From NCBI GenBank assembly GCA_963703955.1, contig CAVPGK010000005.1, positions 15,911-79,910 on the forward strand: a stretch of 64,000 nt of DNA, read 5' to 3'. Positions 41,844-51,900 of the stretch are shown in pieces. The notes below the pieces were generated by a model. The model saw only the letters and a program-made list of their open reading frames with translations. It did not search any database and was not told the origin of the DNA. The stretch's first letter is position 1. Every line of letters starts with the position of its first letter. This DNA comes from Nitrospirota bacterium (lineage in GTDB: Bacteria; Nitrospirota; Nitrospiria; Nitrospirales; Nitrospiraceae). The translations under genes and the position numbers were made by a program.

Positions 41844-42119
41844 ATGAGTATTCGAAAAGCGGGCGGTGAGTGGGAGTCCATGCTGTTGGGCATTGAGCCT
41901 CGGACCTGTAAGGTCTGTGGGAAGGGGCTGTACCGAAATGTAACCATGTTTCGAGGTGGCTGGTCGCGTTGCACGAAGTGTGATGAGTTCGTGCATTACA
42001 GCTGTTTGGCCAACGGCAGCGTATCATTTCTGAAGCGCCGTCCCCGTGTCTGCAAATTCTGCCTGGCCGAGAAAGCGGCTCCGCCGGCTCAACCCGTCGA
42101 CACAGCGGTTGGAACGTGA
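41844..42119 (+). CDS. Small C4HC3 (PHD-finger-like) zinc-finger protein
   Basis: CKVC-x17-CTKC-x4-H-x2-C-x15-CKFC; stop overlaps the next gene's start (GTGA). Confidence 0.7.
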   Translation: MSIRKAGGEWESMLLGIEPRTCKVCGKGLYRNVTMFRGGWSRCTKCDEFVHYSCLANGSVSFLKRRPRVCKFCLAEKAAPPAQPVDTAVGT

Positions 42120-42481
42120 GGCCGGACGCTCACTCTGATGCTTCCCCCAGCACGGACGCCACGATCTGGCATGCCCGATTTGCCGAGGCGGTTCGGCTCG
42201 TGATCGCTCCTCTCATTCTCTTCAGCAGCGGATTTTTCACAACCGATTTTCTGCTGAGCGGTATGTACACATGGCCGCGAACGAGCCGGGTCGTGGCCCT
42301 GATCATCACCGTGCTCGTCCTTTCATATGAATTCGTTTACAAGGAACAGCGGGTGCGTTTTCCGCAGCGTTCTCACGACGATCGGATGAAGATTCTCCTC
42401 TATTCCTGTGTCATTCCATGTAGCCTGGGCGTGCTGGCGCTACTCGGCCTGGTTCGTCTCGCATCCTTAGGGGGACGCTGA
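42116..42481 (+). CDS. Small 3-TM hypothetical membrane protein
   Basis: Hydrophobic helices; translationally coupled to the upstream ORF. Confidence 0.7.
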   Translation: MRPDAHSDASPSTDATIWHARFAEAVRLVIAPLILFSSGFFTTDFLLSGMYTWPRTSRVVALIITVLVLSYEFVYKEQRVRFPQRSHDDRMKILLYSCVIPCSLGVLALLGLVRLASLGGR

Positions 42482-42703
42482 AAAGGTGCCCGGCTTTGTT
42501 GTCGTCTCGGCGAGATCCTCAGCGGAGGACCCGGACTACGAAGGCACTGCCCGCTCCCCGGCTCGAGGGCGTGCAATCGTGAGGTTCCTTATTCATCGCC
42601 TTGGGCACCTCCCCGGCGCGCACAGTGGAAATTGGGTGGGTACCATGACGGGTGAAATGCGCGTCCAGGGTGGGCGAAGGCGAGAGCAGCTTTTTGAGCA
42701 TCC
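42473..42703 (-). mobile_element. Composite MITE-like element (family A ends, family D module)
   Basis: Ends ggacgctgaaaa / ttttgagcatcc; internal cactgcccgctc..gcgtgc..ttattcat. Confidence 0.6.
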
Positions 42704-42747
42704 TAGGAATGCAAGCAGCTTGAGGTTTGTCCTTCGAATGAACTCGT

Positions 42748-43110
42748 ATGCCGGTCTATAGGAGCGGCGCATTTATTCAGCAGTGCTTCTCAGTTCACCC
42801 ACTCTGTTTGAATATCAAGAAACTGGCATTGCCGGAGCAGGTGATTCTGTCGTGCACTTCCTGCAATCTGAGCCATCGACTGACCGTGCGCTCGTGCACC
42901 GTGTATGAGCCGTCCGTCCCAAAGACCGGATCGGAGAAGAACAGCGGCCGTTCACCGGTGGAGTGTCTCACGTCGTGTGTGGATGGGCATCGAGCGGCGA
43001 TCGGGGTGTCTACCATGGACGTCCTACAGGAATTCGTCGGCTTTCGATGCCACGACTGTCGCCTGACATTCGGGTTGGATGTTTCTCTCTTCGAAACCCA
43101 CCAACGATAA
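42748..43110 (+). CDS. Hypothetical protein with duplicated C-x3-H...CxxC motif
   Basis: CFSVH..CTSC and CVDGH..CHDC. Confidence 0.72.
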   Translation: MPVYRSGAFIQQCFSVHPLCLNIKKLALPEQVILSCTSCNLSHRLTVRSCTVYEPSVPKTGSEKNSGRSPVECLTSCVDGHRAAIGVSTMDVLQEFVGFRCHDCRLTFGLDVSLFETHQR

Positions 43111-43272
43111 CAAGACGCAGAAAGAGGCGCCGAACCTTGTTCAAGACACTACGGTGTCCTGCCGCCTCACAAGACACTGCCCGCTCACCGAGTCGCGGCG
43201 TGCGCAAACGTGGCGCTCTTTATTCATTGCGCTGTGTGCCCACAACGTAGCCATGGGAAAGAGCCGGTCTTG

Positions 43273-43896
43273 ATGATGAGAGAGTCCACTCGTTTGACCT
43301 CGGAGGAGATTGGCTTAATAGCTGATGTCGAGTTTTTTCGGACCAAGGCGCGGATCATGAAAAAGGTGCGAAGCGTGTTGGACGAGCTCCATGCCGGATT
43401 GCAAGAGGAACTGAGGGGAGTCGACTTGCTGGCGCCGGTTGGGTTTGACCGGAAGAAGTTTCAGTTCGTCAAAGGGGAACACTTGGAGGACTATCCCTAC
43501 CAGTATCTGGATTTCCCCAAGCATTATGAAGGGGACGAGAAGTTTGCGTTTCGTTCGCTGTTCTGGTGGGGCCATCACTTCGTCTTTGCCTTGATTCTTG
43601 AAGGGGAAGGACTCCTACGCTACAAACAGAATCTGATCAACCGCTACCATCTGGTCGCCGGCCGCGACCTCTATCTTTCCCTTGGGCCTTCACTGTGGGA
43701 GTGGAAACGCGGGGAGGGCTATACGATGCCGCTGACCCATGATCGTAAGTCCCAGGTGTCGGCGGTATTGTCTGGGCGCCGGTTCTTCAAGCTGGGCCGG
43801 TTTGTCTCTCATGAAGACCCTGTGGTGGCGGAGGGTCGCCTTGCCGACATCGGGCGGGAAGTACTTCGGTCACTACTCCCGGTGATCACCTCCTGA
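43273..43896 (+). CDS. Hypothetical protein
   Basis: Long ORF with typical codon usage; KGEHLEDYPYQYLDFPK..FRSLFWWGH. Confidence 0.75.
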   Translation: MMRESTRLTSEEIGLIADVEFFRTKARIMKKVRSVLDELHAGLQEELRGVDLLAPVGFDRKKFQFVKGEHLEDYPYQYLDFPKHYEGDEKFAFRSLFWWGHHFVFALILEGEGLLRYKQNLINRYHLVAGRDLYLSLGPSLWEWKRGEGYTMPLTHDRKSQVSAVLSGRRFFKLGRFVSHEDPVVAEGRLADIGREVLRSLLPVITS

Positions 43897-44010
43897 TCTG
43901 GGACCTTTCGAGGCCGCTAGCATTCACCGTCGAATTTCATTAGACTCCAGCAACCATCCGGGTCGAATTGAGATCTGACCCATCTTTGCTCACTTGCCAA
44001 GGAGGTTCTC

Positions 44011-44655
44011 GTGAACAAGTATGCGCTGTCGTGGGTATTGACAATCGGGCTCGGATTGTCCGTCGTGAGCGGTTGCGCAGGAACGGGTGAGGTCGTCGCG
44101 CTCGATGTGGGAGCGATTCCCTCGAAACCCCAGCCGGGTCCTCAAAAGGACGAGATGAAAGCGCTGATCATGACATTTGAAGACGAACGGCCCGAAAAGG
44201 GAACGATCGGGTATCGCACACATCTCGGGGGCGGCCGCACGTATTTTACCGTGGCGAACAATAAGGCAGGTGATGTGGTAGCCCAAGCCCTGTCCGATTA
44301 CTTAAACCAAAAGGGGTGGAAGACATGGGTCAGCCGCGCAGGAGGCCCGGTCGTCGCCAATCCCGGTGGAGGGCTGGATGTCACCTTGACCGGACAGGTA
44401 CTGGAGTTGTCTGCCAACGCCAAGAGCAAGTTCGGCTCGACCGACATTAGGACGAAGACGAGGGTGAACATCCAGGCGCAGAACGCCCGTGACGGCAGCG
44501 TCGCACGCATGACCTTGAATGGCTCGCGGTCTGAGAGTGTGTTTTGGTTTGAGCCGGAGGCTATGGAGGAGGCCATCAACCGGATGCTGAAGGAGAGCGT
44601 CGAGCGGCTACTTGCCGACGCGAAAATTGAAAACCGGATGCTCCAGGTGCAATAG
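44011..44655 (+). CDS. Lipoprotein (YajG-like)
   Basis: RBS AGGAGG; lipobox VSGC; FEDERP. Confidence 0.78.
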   Translation: MNKYALSWVLTIGLGLSVVSGCAGTGEVVALDVGAIPSKPQPGPQKDEMKALIMTFEDERPEKGTIGYRTHLGGGRTYFTVANNKAGDVVAQALSDYLNQKGWKTWVSRAGGPVVANPGGGLDVTLTGQVLELSANAKSKFGSTDIRTKTRVNIQAQNARDGSVARMTLNGSRSESVFWFEPEAMEEAINRMLKESVERLLADAKIENRMLQVQ

Positions 44656-44813
44656 AAAAGGGGAGGCGGTCAGACCGCGCTTCGGCCGGCTCACCGAGTC
44701 GCTGGCCTGCGCAAACGTGACGCTCCGCCTAGGGATAGGGAGAGTGAGGGTGCGTGAAATGCCGGCTAGGGCAGGTGGGTGAACCGGATAGAGAGAGATA
44801 AAAAGTACTAGCA

Positions 44814-45884
44814 ATGCGTGAGCGGCGGTGGGAATCCCGGTCGGACTTGGATTTTAATGCCATATTGGCCGTCGGCGAACGGCTTGCCGGTCTGGGACTG
44901 AAACCGGCGACTCCCGCAAAAGAGATCATTTGCTATGTTGAAGAGTGGACGGTTGAAGGGCCTGAAGACATCGACCAACTCGATCCATGGTCGGTCGAGG
45001 ATCTTACCCTGGTACACATTCGAGAACGATGGCAGGGGGATTTCTTCTTATTGGCGGGCGCCTACCATACGATTTACCAGCGGTATCAGGAAATCGGGAC
45101 ATACTGCTCGATCAGTCATCCCTGGCGGATTCGTACCCCTCTCCGCACACATTTTCCCAAAGCGATGTTCTGGCTCGGCTTTCGGCACGCGCATGCCTTC
45201 ATCAGGGTACGCCTGCATACGACGGACGTGATTACGCCGGGCGAGACGCGAGCCGATGATCAGCGTGATCGTTGGCTGGATGAACGACAGCAAGCCTTCT
45301 GCGAAGCCATTAGGGTGCTCGACGTGCCGGTTCGATCACAGGTTGAGAACAAGAATGTGGCTCTTCGGTCCGAGCATGAGGGCGCGCCGCTCTTCTGTTC
45401 ATGGCCGGACGCGTTCGGGCCCTGCCAGTTCGAATACAATTCATCCGATCCGTTTGAATTTCTGGTGCCGGCCAGCCGTATGGCGGCAACATACGGGGGA
45501 GAACCCGCGACCATACGGGCGTATTTGACCGGTTTTACCGAGTCAGCCCTGAAGGAATTTCAATCCGTGATCGCCGAGGCGAAGTCTGCCTACCGCTGTT
45601 CGGTCCACTGTCCGTTGGATGAATTGCCGGAGGTGCTCCAGAGCATCACGCCGGATGGCCGCCTCTATGCAACGCTGTGCGAGTTCCAGACCCAGCAACT
45701 CCTGCCGGACGGTGAAGACGCCTCAGCGATCATCGGCATTGTGGGGGCGGACCATCGATTTCAGATTGAAGTGAGATTGAACCGTGCTCCGCTCAGTGAG
45801 GAGGGTATGCCTCCTTGGTTGGAAAAGCTCTTGGGCTTGCCAGTCGGCTACGCGCCGCTACCCCCATTTCCTGAGCCCCTGTGA
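44814..45884 (+). CDS. Hypothetical protein
   Basis: 356-aa ORF coupled (GTGA) to the next gene. Confidence 0.7.
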   Translation: MRERRWESRSDLDFNAILAVGERLAGLGLKPATPAKEIICYVEEWTVEGPEDIDQLDPWSVEDLTLVHIRERWQGDFFLLAGAYHTIYQRYQEIGTYCSISHPWRIRTPLRTHFPKAMFWLGFRHAHAFIRVRLHTTDVITPGETRADDQRDRWLDERQQAFCEAIRVLDVPVRSQVENKNVALRSEHEGAPLFCSWPDAFGPCQFEYNSSDPFEFLVPASRMAATYGGEPATIRAYLTGFTESALKEFQSVIAEAKSAYRCSVHCPLDELPEVLQSITPDGRLYATLCEFQTQQLLPDGEDASAIIGIVGADHRFQIEVRLNRAPLSEEGMPPWLEKLLGLPVGYAPLPPFPEPL

Positions 45885-47002
45885 CTTTTTCTGGTGCTCG
45901 CCTTCGATCCGCGCTGGCCAAACCTTTTCTGCCGGTTCTCTTTTTCTTCGGCGGCGTCACGTATGACACCATCACGTTGACGCGTATCGACCGCTGGCTG
46001 GATAACCTCATTTTGCTTCTCTACCTGAGTGTGCTGGGCGTGCTGATTATTCTCAAAGGGCGCGCCGACTTGCGGATGGTTCCAGGGCATGGGCAGGCCG
46101 ATCAGTGGGGCGCCCTTGGATGGCTGGCCCGCGCTCAGCCGTATTATCCGATGGCGATTCAGTTTTTGCTGGGTGGGCTCTTTAGCGCATATACGATTTT
46201 CTACTCCCGAAGCGCGTCGCTGACCACAACGGCGGTGTTTTTCGGTGTCCTAGTCGCCTTTCTCGTCGCCAACGAATTTCTTCGGGACCGGTTGTCCAAC
46301 TTGAGATTACTGGTTAGCCTGTATGCGCTCGTGACCTTCAGTTTCTTCACGTTCTTTCTTCCTGTGCTGACCGGTTTCATGAACACGGTCATGTTTCTGC
46401 TCGGGGCGGTGTTGAGTTTGGGGGTCACGTTGCGGGTAGTGGAACTAGTGTATGAGAGCGTCCCGAACCGATCGCGGAAGGATGTCATCCTGACAGGACT
46501 GCCAGGGTTCGCTGTGGTCTGCGTGCTGGTCGGCTTTTATTTCCTCAATTGGATTCCACCGGTTCCCCTCTCACTCAAATTCGGCGGCATTTACCATGAG
46601 GTCACAAGAAAGGACGGGGTTTTTCACCTGAGCCATGAAGAGGGCCGGTGGTATCAGTTTCTCAAACGATCTGATGATCCGTTTCGGGGAGAGGGACCGG
46701 TGTACTGTTTTACGGCGGTCTTTGCACCCGTGGATCTGAAAACGACGATCTACCATCGATGGCAACATCGGTCGTCGGGGACACGTTCGCCGCGGGGGTT
46801 TTCCCAAACAGACCGGATCGCGATCGCCATTTCCGGCGGTCGCAGCGAAGGGTATCGCGGGTACACGGTCAAGCAGCGGGTCGATCCAGGAGACTGGCGA
46901 GTGGATGTGGAAACAGAAGATGGCCGCATCGTTGGGCGTGTGAACTTCAAGGTAACCGAACCAGCCGGGGGCCCTCTGGAACTGCGCTCGTTCTCTTATT
47001 AG
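45881..47002 (+). CDS. Multi-TM DUF2914-like domain protein
   Basis: IPPVPLSL, VYCFTAVFAP, ISGGR.EGYRGYT.K, GDWRVDVETEDGR. Confidence 0.8.
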   Translation: MTFSGARLRSALAKPFLPVLFFFGGVTYDTITLTRIDRWLDNLILLLYLSVLGVLIILKGRADLRMVPGHGQADQWGALGWLARAQPYYPMAIQFLLGGLFSAYTIFYSRSASLTTTAVFFGVLVAFLVANEFLRDRLSNLRLLVSLYALVTFSFFTFFLPVLTGFMNTVMFLLGAVLSLGVTLRVVELVYESVPNRSRKDVILTGLPGFAVVCVLVGFYFLNWIPPVPLSLKFGGIYHEVTRKDGVFHLSHEEGRWYQFLKRSDDPFRGEGPVYCFTAVFAPVDLKTTIYHRWQHRSSGTRSPRGFSQTDRIAIAISGGRSEGYRGYTVKQRVDPGDWRVDVETEDGRIVGRVNFKVTEPAGGPLELRSFSY

Positions 47003-47028
47003 GAGCGCAGAACCTCCGGATAGAATCT

Positions 47029-47679
47029 CTAGTTTCGCTGGCCCAACTTTTTTCGCAGCTCTTCCACTTCTTTCTCCAGCGATGCCATCTTAAGCTCTCG
47101 ACCAATCACCGCCTCTTCGAACCGCTCAAGTTCATTGACGCTTTGTTGCAGGGAGATTCGCGACGCCCGCAGGTCCTTCATGACCTGCTCGTAGTCTCGT
47201 ATCTTCTGCAGTAAACTTTCGTTGAGCTGGCGGATCTGTTCCTGAGTTTGCCTCAATTGCGTGTGGTCGCGCATGATTGTGCCGAACCCAAGGAGGGCTG
47301 AATCCCGCAGCGCGATGGTCACCCCGCATACCCACAGACGGGTGCCGTCCTTCCGCACGGCCCAACGGTCGTCGGAGGCCCGTCCCGATCTGGCGGCTTG
47401 CTCGAGTTCCCTCTCCGGAACGTGTTGATCGATCTCCTCGGGAAGGGAAAATGTCGAGAAAGGCCGGCCAAGAATCTCTTCGGCCCTGTACCCCAGCAAC
47501 CGTTCAGCCCCGGAGTTCCAGGTCGCCACGCGACCGGCGAGATCCATGAGGAAGATGGCGTAATCCGACGCCTCCTCGATAAGCAGACAGAAGAGCGCAG
47601 CCCGTTGCTCGATCATCTGCCGAAAATCGCGCTGGTCGCTCATAGCCCATGAGTGTAGATGGGCAGGAAAGCGCTGCAT
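47029..47679 (-). CDS. PAS domain protein with C-terminal coiled coil
   Basis: DYAIFLMD..G.VATWNSGAERLLGY..EEILG; RKDG; GRELKM. Confidence 0.8.
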   Translation of the reverse strand: MQRFPAHLHSWAMSDQRDFRQMIEQRAALFCLLIEEASDYAIFLMDLAGRVATWNSGAERLLGYRAEEILGRPFSTFSLPEEIDQHVPERELEQAARSGRASDDRWAVRKDGTRLWVCGVTIALRDSALLGFGTIMRDHTQLRQTQEQIRQLNESLLQKIRDYEQVMKDLRASRISLQQSVNELERFEEAVIGRELKMASLEKEVEELRKKLGQRN

Positions 47680-47775
47680 ATCAGCTTCTTGGTTACGAGG
47701 AAATACCGGAGCGTCTGCGGCTAGACAAGTCAGACGGGACGTGAGGCGTAGAAGGGGGCCATTGGTTTTGAACGG

Positions 47776-47970
47776 TTAGGGCGAGCCCTTCTTCATGTCT
47801 CGCTTTGAGGTGTGCTGGAAAATGCACTTCGGGCAGGTGTAGTGAACAAACTTCCCGTCCGCGACGAGCCGTTTCAGCATCGTGACCTTACACCACGTGC
47901 AGGCTCGGTCTGGTATAGTTGAGAGCGTTGCCGTGTCCGGTAACGCCTGATCTTTCGGGGAGGTCGACAT
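47776..47970 (-). CDS. Small zinc-ribbon protein
   Basis: CTWC..YTCPKC; RBS GGAG. Confidence 0.6.
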   Translation of the reverse strand: MSTSPKDQALPDTATLSTIPDRACTWCKVTMLKRLVADGKFVHYTCPKCIFQHTSKRDMKKGSP

Positions 47971-48106
47971 GTCGGCATTCTCTCCGAGAGAGGACAGGCT
48001 TGTCAATGCACGGAGAGGACTGGACAGTGCGGGGACGGCTTGTATATAGTGCTGCGCCATTGTCTTTCCCCCCTCACCGCTTTTTCAAGAGGAGGTCACC
48101 TGATCA

Positions 48107-48550
48107 ATGAATGCATCACCGAGTTTGGACGGAACCATCTTGCCGACATTGGCCCCTACGGCTTCATCGGCCTGCGTGCGAGGAGACCTGATCGCGGAGG
48201 GAAAGGCGTGGGGCATGTCCATGGCGCTCGATCTTCAGGACTGCCGCCCGGACACCGTCCGGGACCGTGACCATATCAGGGCCTACGTCATGGCCTTGTG
48301 CGAGCTGATCGGCATGAAGCGATATGGAGACTGTCAGATCGTCCATTTTGGAGAAGGGCGAGTTGCCGGTTACTCGATGATCCAGCTTATCGAGACGTCG
48401 CTCATCAGCGGGCATTTCGCCAACGACTCCAACCGAGCTTATCTCGACATTTTCAGTTGCAAGGGCTACGACCCATCAGTCGTCGAAGATTTTTCGAGGA
48501 CTTTTTTCGGGGCGCTGAAAAGCACCGCATCCGTCACGTTACGATACTAG
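48107..48550 (+). CDS. speD: S-adenosylmethionine decarboxylase proenzyme family (pyruvoyl-dependent)
   Basis: LDL.DC, GYS.IQLIETSLISGH (autocleavage Ser), YLDIFSCK. Confidence 0.82.
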   Translation: MNASPSLDGTILPTLAPTASSACVRGDLIAEGKAWGMSMALDLQDCRPDTVRDRDHIRAYVMALCELIGMKRYGDCQIVHFGEGRVAGYSMIQLIETSLISGHFANDSNRAYLDIFSCKGYDPSVVEDFSRTFFGALKSTASVTLRY

Positions 48551-48581
48551 CTAGGCCGATCATGGATTGGTGACAGGAAGC

Positions 48582-48920
48582 ATGGGTGCCAAGCCGACCT
48601 CGGTCAAAGAATTTTTTCGGCGTCTTCCTGAGAAGTTCGACCCGGAGGCTGCGGAAGGGATAACCGCGGTCTACCAGTTCGATCTGAGTGGGCCGCAAGG
48701 AGGGCAGTACAACCTTGTCGTCGAGGACGGGACCTGCACGGTCCACGAGGGCAGCCATCCCGATCCCCATGTCGTTTTCTCCATGTCCAGCGACGACTGT
48801 CTCGGCGTCCTGAGCGGAAGACTGGATGGACAATCGGTGTTCATGTCCGGCCGATTACGGTTAAGTGGAGACCTCGGACTGGCCGTTCAGCTGAAAAGCT
48901 TGTTTCCGTCGATTCATTAG
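48582..48920 (+). CDS. SCP2 sterol/lipid-binding domain protein
   Basis: YQFDLSG..GG, FMSGRLRLSGDLGLA. Confidence 0.87.
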   Translation: MGAKPTSVKEFFRRLPEKFDPEAAEGITAVYQFDLSGPQGGQYNLVVEDGTCTVHEGSHPDPHVVFSMSSDDCLGVLSGRLDGQSVFMSGRLRLSGDLGLAVQLKSLFPSIH

Positions 48921-48961
48921 CGCGAGGCTCACAATATAGAATTCACACTCGGTAGTCCAAA

Positions 48962-51900
48962 TCATACGCCCACCGGCTTCTCTATCGGCCTCGGTAGCAA
49001 GTCCACCTCGCCGTTGCCTTCGGTCATGCTCAGTTCAGGGTCCGACCTCCTCGGAAATCGCTCCTCTAGCATCAAGTACAACGTTGGGATCAGGAACAGG
49101 GTCAGCATGGTCGAGACGCTCAGACCGCCGATCACGGCTCGGGCCAGTGGCGCGTTCGTCTCTCCACCGGTGCCGATCCCGATGGCCATCGGCAGGAGGC
49201 CGAAGACCGTCGCCAATGAGGTCATCAGGATCGGCCGCAACCGCGTGCGCGCGGCGCGCACCACGGCTTCCCGAAGGGCGATGCCGCGTCGCCGCAGCAC
49301 GTTGGTGTAATCGACCAGGAGAACACCGTTCGAGACGACGATCCCGAGCATCATGATCACCCCCATGAACGACGTGGTCGAAAGCGTCGTGTTCGTCAGG
49401 AACAGTATGAGGATGACGCCAGGCAAGCCCAGAGGAACCGAAAACATGATGATGAAGGGATCGATCAGAGATTTGAATTGCGCCGCCATAACCATGTAGA
49501 CGAGCAGGACGGCTAGGACGGTCGCGAAAATCAACCCTTGGAACGTTTCCCGCTGTTGTTGGATCTGGCCGGCCAGCCGGATGCTGAACCCTTGGGGCAG
49601 CTGGAGTTCGGCGAAGCGCGTTTCGAGGTCGTCCGCAATGGCGCCTAGGTCTCGGTTGACCGGGTTGGCGGTGATATGAATCACCCGCTGGAAATACTTG
49701 CGATCGATTTTCACCGGTCCCGCGTTTTGGCGGACGACGGCGACGTTCTTGAGCAGTACCGGCTCGCCGGCTTTGGTAGTCAAGAGGATGTTGTCGAGGT
49801 CGCTCAGATCCTTTCGATATTCTTCTGCGAGCCAGGCGCTGATGTAGTATTCGTTGCCGTTTTGCGGATCGGTGAAGATGATCGGGTCGGTCTGGCCGTT
49901 GCCGTTGAGCGAGAAGAGTACCGCATTAGCCACATCGGTCTCACTTACCCCTAAGAGGGCGGCCTTCTCACGGTCCACATTGATATCCAGCTCAGGATAG
50001 TTTTCCTCTCGGCTGACCTCGACATCGGCCAGGCCGGGGACTTGGTGCATGATCGCGTCTACCTGCCGGATCACGTCGCGAGCTTTTTCCAGGTCGTAGC
50101 CGTAGATCTCCACATCCACCGCTTTCTGAGAGCCGAAGCTGGTCACCCGCTTGACCAACCCACCGGGATCGAAGAACGTCGCCACGCCGGGAAAGAGCTT
50201 GATCACCTTGGGCCGGACCTCGTTCATGATCTGGACTTGATTTCGACGGCGTTTGTCCGGCGAAACGAGATAGACCTGCACGAGCGACGTGTGTGGTCCG
50301 GTATTCGGATTGAAGAGGGACGACCGTCCCTGGGCTAGGACTCCCGTGCTCGAAACGATTGTTTCCAACTCGTCGGGGGGAATCGTCTCTCGCAGCACGC
50401 GTTCGATCGCAGCGACCTGCTGCTCCGTCTTTTCCACTCGCTGTCCGACCGGCGCACGCACGACAATGCGAAACTGACTCTCGTCCGTCACGGGAATAAA
50501 CTCCGTACCGATCAGTGGGAGGAGAGCCAGTGACCCTACAAAGAACAGAACGATCCCGCCGATCACCAGTTTCCAATGGGACAGCGTCCAGGAAAGGGCA
50601 TCTTGGTAGCGGGCATCCAACGCGTCATATTTCGCGCGGCTCCACCCCATCAGTCGTACCCACCACTCGGGCATGGCGCGATGGGCTTCCTGTTCCGGCT
50701 TGAGAAATTTCAGACAGAGAGCTGGCGTGACGGTGCGCGAGATAAAAAACGACGTAAACAAGGCGATGGCAATCGTAAACGTCAGGGGAATGAACAGCAG
50801 CTTGGCGATGCCGACGACGAACAAGATCGGCAGGAACACCACGACCGTCGTGACCGTTGAGGCGAAGATCGGCATGGCCACCTCGCGCGCCGCTTCTAGG
50901 ATCGCCTCCCAGCGCCGCTGACCGGTATTGAGGTGGCGTTGGATATTTTCCAGCTCCACGATGGAATCATCGACCAGCCGTCCGACTCCCAGGGCCAATC
51001 CGCCCAAGGTAAAGATGTTCAAGGTCTGTCCGGTGAAATACAGAAGAATAAACGTCACCATGATCGACAGAGGAATCGCCACCGAAATAATCATGGTGCT
51101 GGTGAGATTGCGGAGGAAGATGAGGATCACGGCAGCCGCTGAGATCGACCCATGCAGGGCCTGCTCCATGAGGTTGTTGATGGATTGGCGAATGTAGACG
51201 GATTGGTCGAAGGAAATGCCGAGCTTCACCCCCGGGGGGATGCCGATCATTTTTGGCAAGGCGGCTCGGAGGGCGTCAACCACTTCCACTGTGTTGGCGA
51301 TTGGTTGTTTGTTGACGCGCAGGTAAACGGACCGATTCCCGTCGGTTCGAACGACATTGGTTTGGATGTCCGACGAATCCATGACAGTGCCAAGGTCTCG
51401 CACCCGTACCGGATTTCCCTGTTGATTGACCTTGACGATGACGTCGTTGATCGGCTCGACCGTTCTGAACTGGTTGTTGGTGAAGACGTTGTAATCGAGG
51501 TTGCCGGCCTTGATATCGCCCGACGGCAAAATCAAATTGGAGGCTTTGACGGCGCGCACGACGTCAAGGATCGACAGCCCACGGGCATTCAAGAGCGCGG
51601 GGTCGAGATTGATGTTGATTTGACGAATCTTGCCGCCTTCGACCGTCGCTGCCGCCACGTTCGGGAGTTGTTCGATTTGAGGGGCGATGGTATTGAATGC
51701 GAGGTCGTAGAGGGCGCGCTCATCCAGATTGCTCCCGGAGACCGTGACAAACGCGACCGGAATATTGGAGACGTCGAACTTGACGATGAAGGGTTGCAGG
51801 ATCCCGGGGGGCAGGCTGTTGAGAATCTGGGTGATCCGCTGGATCACCTCCATCTGCCCGACATTGATATCGGCGCCCCAATTGAACCAGACCTGTACGG

